Of a stretch of 64,000 bases of DNA, positions 61,082-64,000 are shown in pieces (the first letter of the stretch is position 1; each line of letters begins with the position of its first letter). Location of the stretch: contig CBDANS010000007.1 of NCBI GenBank assembly GCA_965197745.1, positions 1,600,001 through 1,664,000 on the forward strand, written 5' to 3'. Under the pieces are notes generated by a model that made no database searches, was not told the origin of the DNA, and saw only the letters and a list, made by a program, of their open reading frames with translations. The DNA comes from Opitutales bacterium. Lineage in GTDB: Bacteria; Verrucomicrobiota; Verrucomicrobiia; Opitutales; PNEW01. The position numbers were made by a program, and so were the translations under genes.

Positions 61082-62230
61082 ATGAAAGCGTCTTTTACCC
61101 TGACTAAAAAGTTAAACCGAAGTGGCACTTATTCTTATCGTGTTCGCGGGCTTTTAAAGCGTAAGAGAATCGAAAAGAGTTTTAAGCATAAAGACCAGGC
61201 AAAACGCTGGATGGAAGCCAAAGAGTTGGAAGCCAAGTCCGATTCTTTAAAAACACAGATTACCCCGTTGACTGAAAATGAGCTGCGTGAAGCCGAGGTC
61301 GCTTACCATATGCTCAAAGGTAAATCGTTATTCAGCGCTGTGGATTATTATCTTAAAACCCATAGTGATACTTTAAACGTAAAAAACTTATACGATGCGT
61401 ATATAGAATTTTTAGGATCAAAAGAACAGGCCAATGCCCGTCCCCTGACGATTATAGATTTACGGGTGAAGGTGGGGGCTTTTGTCAATGGTTATCGAGA
61501 GAGGCAAGTCAACGAGGTAACCGACCATGAACTACGAAGCTTTTTACACAAACCGGGCTTATCGGGAGTAAGTATTAATAATTACCGTCGAGCCCTCATG
61601 GGTTTTTTCAATTGGTGTAAAAAACAGGAGTATCGATTGGATAACCCGGTAGAGAAAATAGAGATCATTAAAGTTGATCGGAAGCTACCTGAAATCTTTT
61701 CGTTAAAAGAGGTAACGCAATTGATTAATGAAGCTTTAAAGATAGAGGACGGGGCCCTGATACCTTATATTAGTATCGGGTTGTTTGCGGGGCTTCGTCC
61801 CTTTGAAATGCAACGGATCAGCTGGGCAGAGATCGATCTTGATGAAAGGTTAATCACCCTCCAGGGCAAGCACACCAAAAACAGGAATCATACAAGACAT
61901 GTCGACATCTCAGAGAACCTGTTCGAGTGGTTATTACCGGCAAGAGCGAGGATTTCAGCCATTTATCCCTCCCATTGGCACAAGCTTTTTAAGGAACTTA
62001 AAGATAAATGCAAAATAAAGAAGTGGCCCGTTGACATCATGCGCCACACCTATGGATCCATCCATTACCGTCATTATAATGATATCGGACTGACTGCCGC
62101 GCAGATGGGCAATTCACCGGACATTATTTTCAAACACTACAGGAATCTTGTTAAACCCAAGGAGGCTGCACTCTACTGGGAAGTACGCCCGAACCCTAAG
62201 GAGGCAACCCGCTTTAAGCAGGTATCTTAA
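61082..62230 (+). CDS. Phage-type tyrosine integrase
   Basis: N-terminal arm-binding-like region, GLRPFE (Arg), TKN (Lys), DIMRHTY, QMGNS, KHY (Tyr). Confidence 0.9.
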   Translation: MKASFTLTKKLNRSGTYSYRVRGLLKRKRIEKSFKHKDQAKRWMEAKELEAKSDSLKTQITPLTENELREAEVAYHMLKGKSLFSAVDYYLKTHSDTLNVKNLYDAYIEFLGSKEQANARPLTIIDLRVKVGAFVNGYRERQVNEVTDHELRSFLHKPGLSGVSINNYRRALMGFFNWCKKQEYRLDNPVEKIEIIKVDRKLPEIFSLKEVTQLINEALKIEDGALIPYISIGLFAGLRPFEMQRISWAEIDLDERLITLQGKHTKNRNHTRHVDISENLFEWLLPARARISAIYPSHWHKLFKELKDKCKIKKWPVDIMRHTYGSIHYRHYNDIGLTAAQMGNSPDIIFKHYRNLVKPKEAALYWEVRPNPKEATRFKQVS

Positions 62231-62480
62231 TCAGACTAACCGGTAAGCATTCCGACAAACTGAACTACTTTTTTGGGGATGTTTAATTGTACAGTGCCCC
62301 ATAGTTTGTCACCACGTCCAGGTTGAAGATAATAAGCTCATCTAAAGTTCTGGCACTTAGTTTTATCGTTCAGTGTAGATTAATGATTATCGTGGGCTTC
62401 ATCCTAATCTACATTTCAGGTCGATTATGTTTATACACCTCATTTCCCGTGGCTGGGGAATGGGATTTTATATTAGTTAA

Positions 62481-62570
62481 TTAGGTCTAATTAGGTCTAT
62501 TTAGGTCTAGTTAGGTCTAGTTAGGTCTAATTAGATCTAGTTAGGTCTAGTTAGGTCTAGTTAGACCCAG
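62481..62570 (+). repeat. Tandem array of 8 x TTAGGTCTA(G/A/T) decamers plus one degenerate copy
   Basis: Units start at 62481, 62491 ... 62551; one reads TTAGATCTAG; TTAGACCCAG at 62561. Confidence 0.95.
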
Positions 62571-62691
62571 TCTGACATACACAGGCTTTACAGGTAGACA
62601 CGGTGTAATATTTGTACGGGTAAACATGGGGTTTTTCTTTGCTTTTCGCTGCCCTTAAGCGGAGCGAAGGATTCCTCAAGTCAAGATATTA

Positions 62692-62904
62692 ATGCCCGAA
62701 AATAAATACGTAGACATTCGTGGCCTAAGTGAGGCGTTATGGGAGCCAAAAGCAAGACCTCATCCGGTGACGATTAGGAATTGGTGCCGTCAGCGGAAAA
62801 TTCCTTACTTCAAAGTAGGTTCGGGTAAAGGGGGGCGAGTCTATTTCGATGTTGATTTAGTGAGAGAACATTTAAAGCAACATCACTTAATTTCACCCTA
62901 CTGA
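62692..62904 (+). CDS. Excisionase/AlpA-like HTH DNA-binding protein
   Basis: 70 aa, TIRNWCRQRKIPYFKVG...RVYFD winged-HTH pattern. Confidence 0.8.
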   Translation: MPENKYVDIRGLSEALWEPKARPHPVTIRNWCRQRKIPYFKVGSGKGGRVYFDVDLVREHLKQHHLISPY

Positions 62905-63008
62905 CTAAAAAATAAGGATGAACAGATTTATAAAATTTAGCATGTTCCAGTCGAATTCAAACTTGAAGATTCTGGATAAACGCTAAATCCAATCAACAGG
63001 AGTAGCTT

Positions 63009-63749
63009 ATGACAAAACCAAATATCGCCGGTGACCGTTGGGTAGCCATTTATCAATCGTTTTGTTCATCCAGTATTTGGACCGACACAACACCTATTGG
63101 AAAGAACCTTGCTCTTTGGTTAATTATTCACGCCAACCACACGACAAAGAATTGGTGTGGCATAAAAATAAATAGAGGCCAGCAATTCAGATCGATTTGC
63201 AACCTTGCAGAGGATCTTTATTGCAGCAGAAAATCATTGGGTCAAAATTTGCGTGAACTCGAAAAACTTGGATTCATTTCATTATCTGAACCGCTTGGAA
63301 AGAACCGGGGGTTTCTAATCACGATAAAAAATTACTGTACATATCAATTCGATAGCGAAACTGACCACGAAAGTGATGATGATGATGATGAATTAATAAA
63401 AGGTCCAGCTCCAGGTATATTTACGAATGGTGCTATAAATGTTAGCCCAAGAATTCTTCATCACTGGAAAAGAACTTTATTAGAAAATTACTTAAAAGCA
63501 CTTTCACACGAAAACAGTGGTCGAAATTCTAACAGAGCTCTTACGGGTCTTACAGCTTTATGGCTTCATTGTGGGATGCAACAAAAAGTTGAATTTGAGG
63601 ATATGACACCAGAGAAATTTAAGGCGATTGTCGAATCAGATCTTGATCCTAACGATGTGTGGAACGCTTATATCAAAGCCGAATTCATAAAAGAAACCGA
63701 TAATGGAATTATCGTCTTAACGGAAGGATTTTTGGAATCCTTAGATTAG
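63009..63749 (+). CDS. Phage replisome-organizer-like replication initiator
   Basis: WVAIYQ, LIIHANH, WCGIKINRGQ..S..LA, LRELEKLGFI, ITIKNYCTYQ resemble phage Rep N-terminal wHTH. Confidence 0.6.
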   Translation: MTKPNIAGDRWVAIYQSFCSSSIWTDTTPIGKNLALWLIIHANHTTKNWCGIKINRGQQFRSICNLAEDLYCSRKSLGQNLRELEKLGFISLSEPLGKNRGFLITIKNYCTYQFDSETDHESDDDDDELIKGPAPGIFTNGAINVSPRILHHWKRTLLENYLKALSHENSGRNSNRALTGLTALWLHCGMQQKVEFEDMTPEKFKAIVESDLDPNDVWNAYIKAEFIKETDNGIIVLTEGFLESLD

Positions 63750-64000
63750 ATCACTACTTAAAACGGAAAAAGTGGATGGGTAAAAATTACCCATTAAAGG
63801 TATCAATAGATGACTCATCAATGTTCGCTTTGTTGTATTCAACCAAGGCGCATAAACAAGAAGGAAAAGAATTGTAAGAAGGAAAAGAAAGAAAAGAATT
63901 GTACCCCCATAATCCCCCTAAAAAAGGGGGATATATATTTTAAAATTTATTTTTATAAGTGGGAGTGGCTTTACAATAGCTATTACACTCCAGAAATCTC

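Larger units (their letters stand above)
61050..64000 (+). mobile_element. Left part of integrative element / prophage-like satellite (continues beyond window)
   Basis: Integrase, tandem repeat array, Xis-like HTH and replication initiator directly after core gene xth; exact attL not identified. Confidence 0.7.

Noticed and set aside
54336..62230. xerD or the 61082 integrase as the integron integrase
   Set aside because: Neither shows an obvious IntI-specific insertion; one has canonical XerD motifs, the other a phage-type architecture beside Xis/Rep.
62481..62570. CRISPR array
   Set aside because: 10-bp units without spacers and no cas genes.

Overview
Bacterial chromosome segment, probably Verrucomicrobiota/Opitutales. 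This assignment is inferred from the rplM-rpsI-argCJBDFG order, an H-X9-DG prepilin-like protein and the integrase type. It has three parts. (1) 1-14.1 kb is a compositionally mosaic, decaying accessory island abutting the 3' end of tRNA-Leu(CAA). It carries five PhyH-type dioxygenases (three frameshifted) plus a relic, an SDR, two Gfo/Idh/MocA oxidoreductases, GNAT/Eis acetyltransferases, a frameshifted IS4-family element inserted in a GGGGTCAG palindrome, and integron-type cassettes/attC remnants. Most notable is a ~73-bp non-coding module present four times: TTGACA is followed exactly 49 nt later by GTT, where similarity stops. At least two copies are followed directly by integron-style cassettes, suggesting dispersed attI-like landing sites with no intI in the window. 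(2) 14.2-60.9 kb is largely intact core: arg genes, rplM/rpsI, tal, MoxR-DUF58-transglutaminase, mreBCD-mrdA, a family-B DNA polymerase, rnr, glyA, purD, mpl, argA, xerD, modAB, accA, a SET protein and xth. (3) 61-64 kb is the left part of an integrative/prophage-like element: tyrosine integrase, 8 x 10-bp tandem array, Xis-like HTH and phage-type replication initiator. All calls come from reading the sequence and ORF track; no database searches were run.
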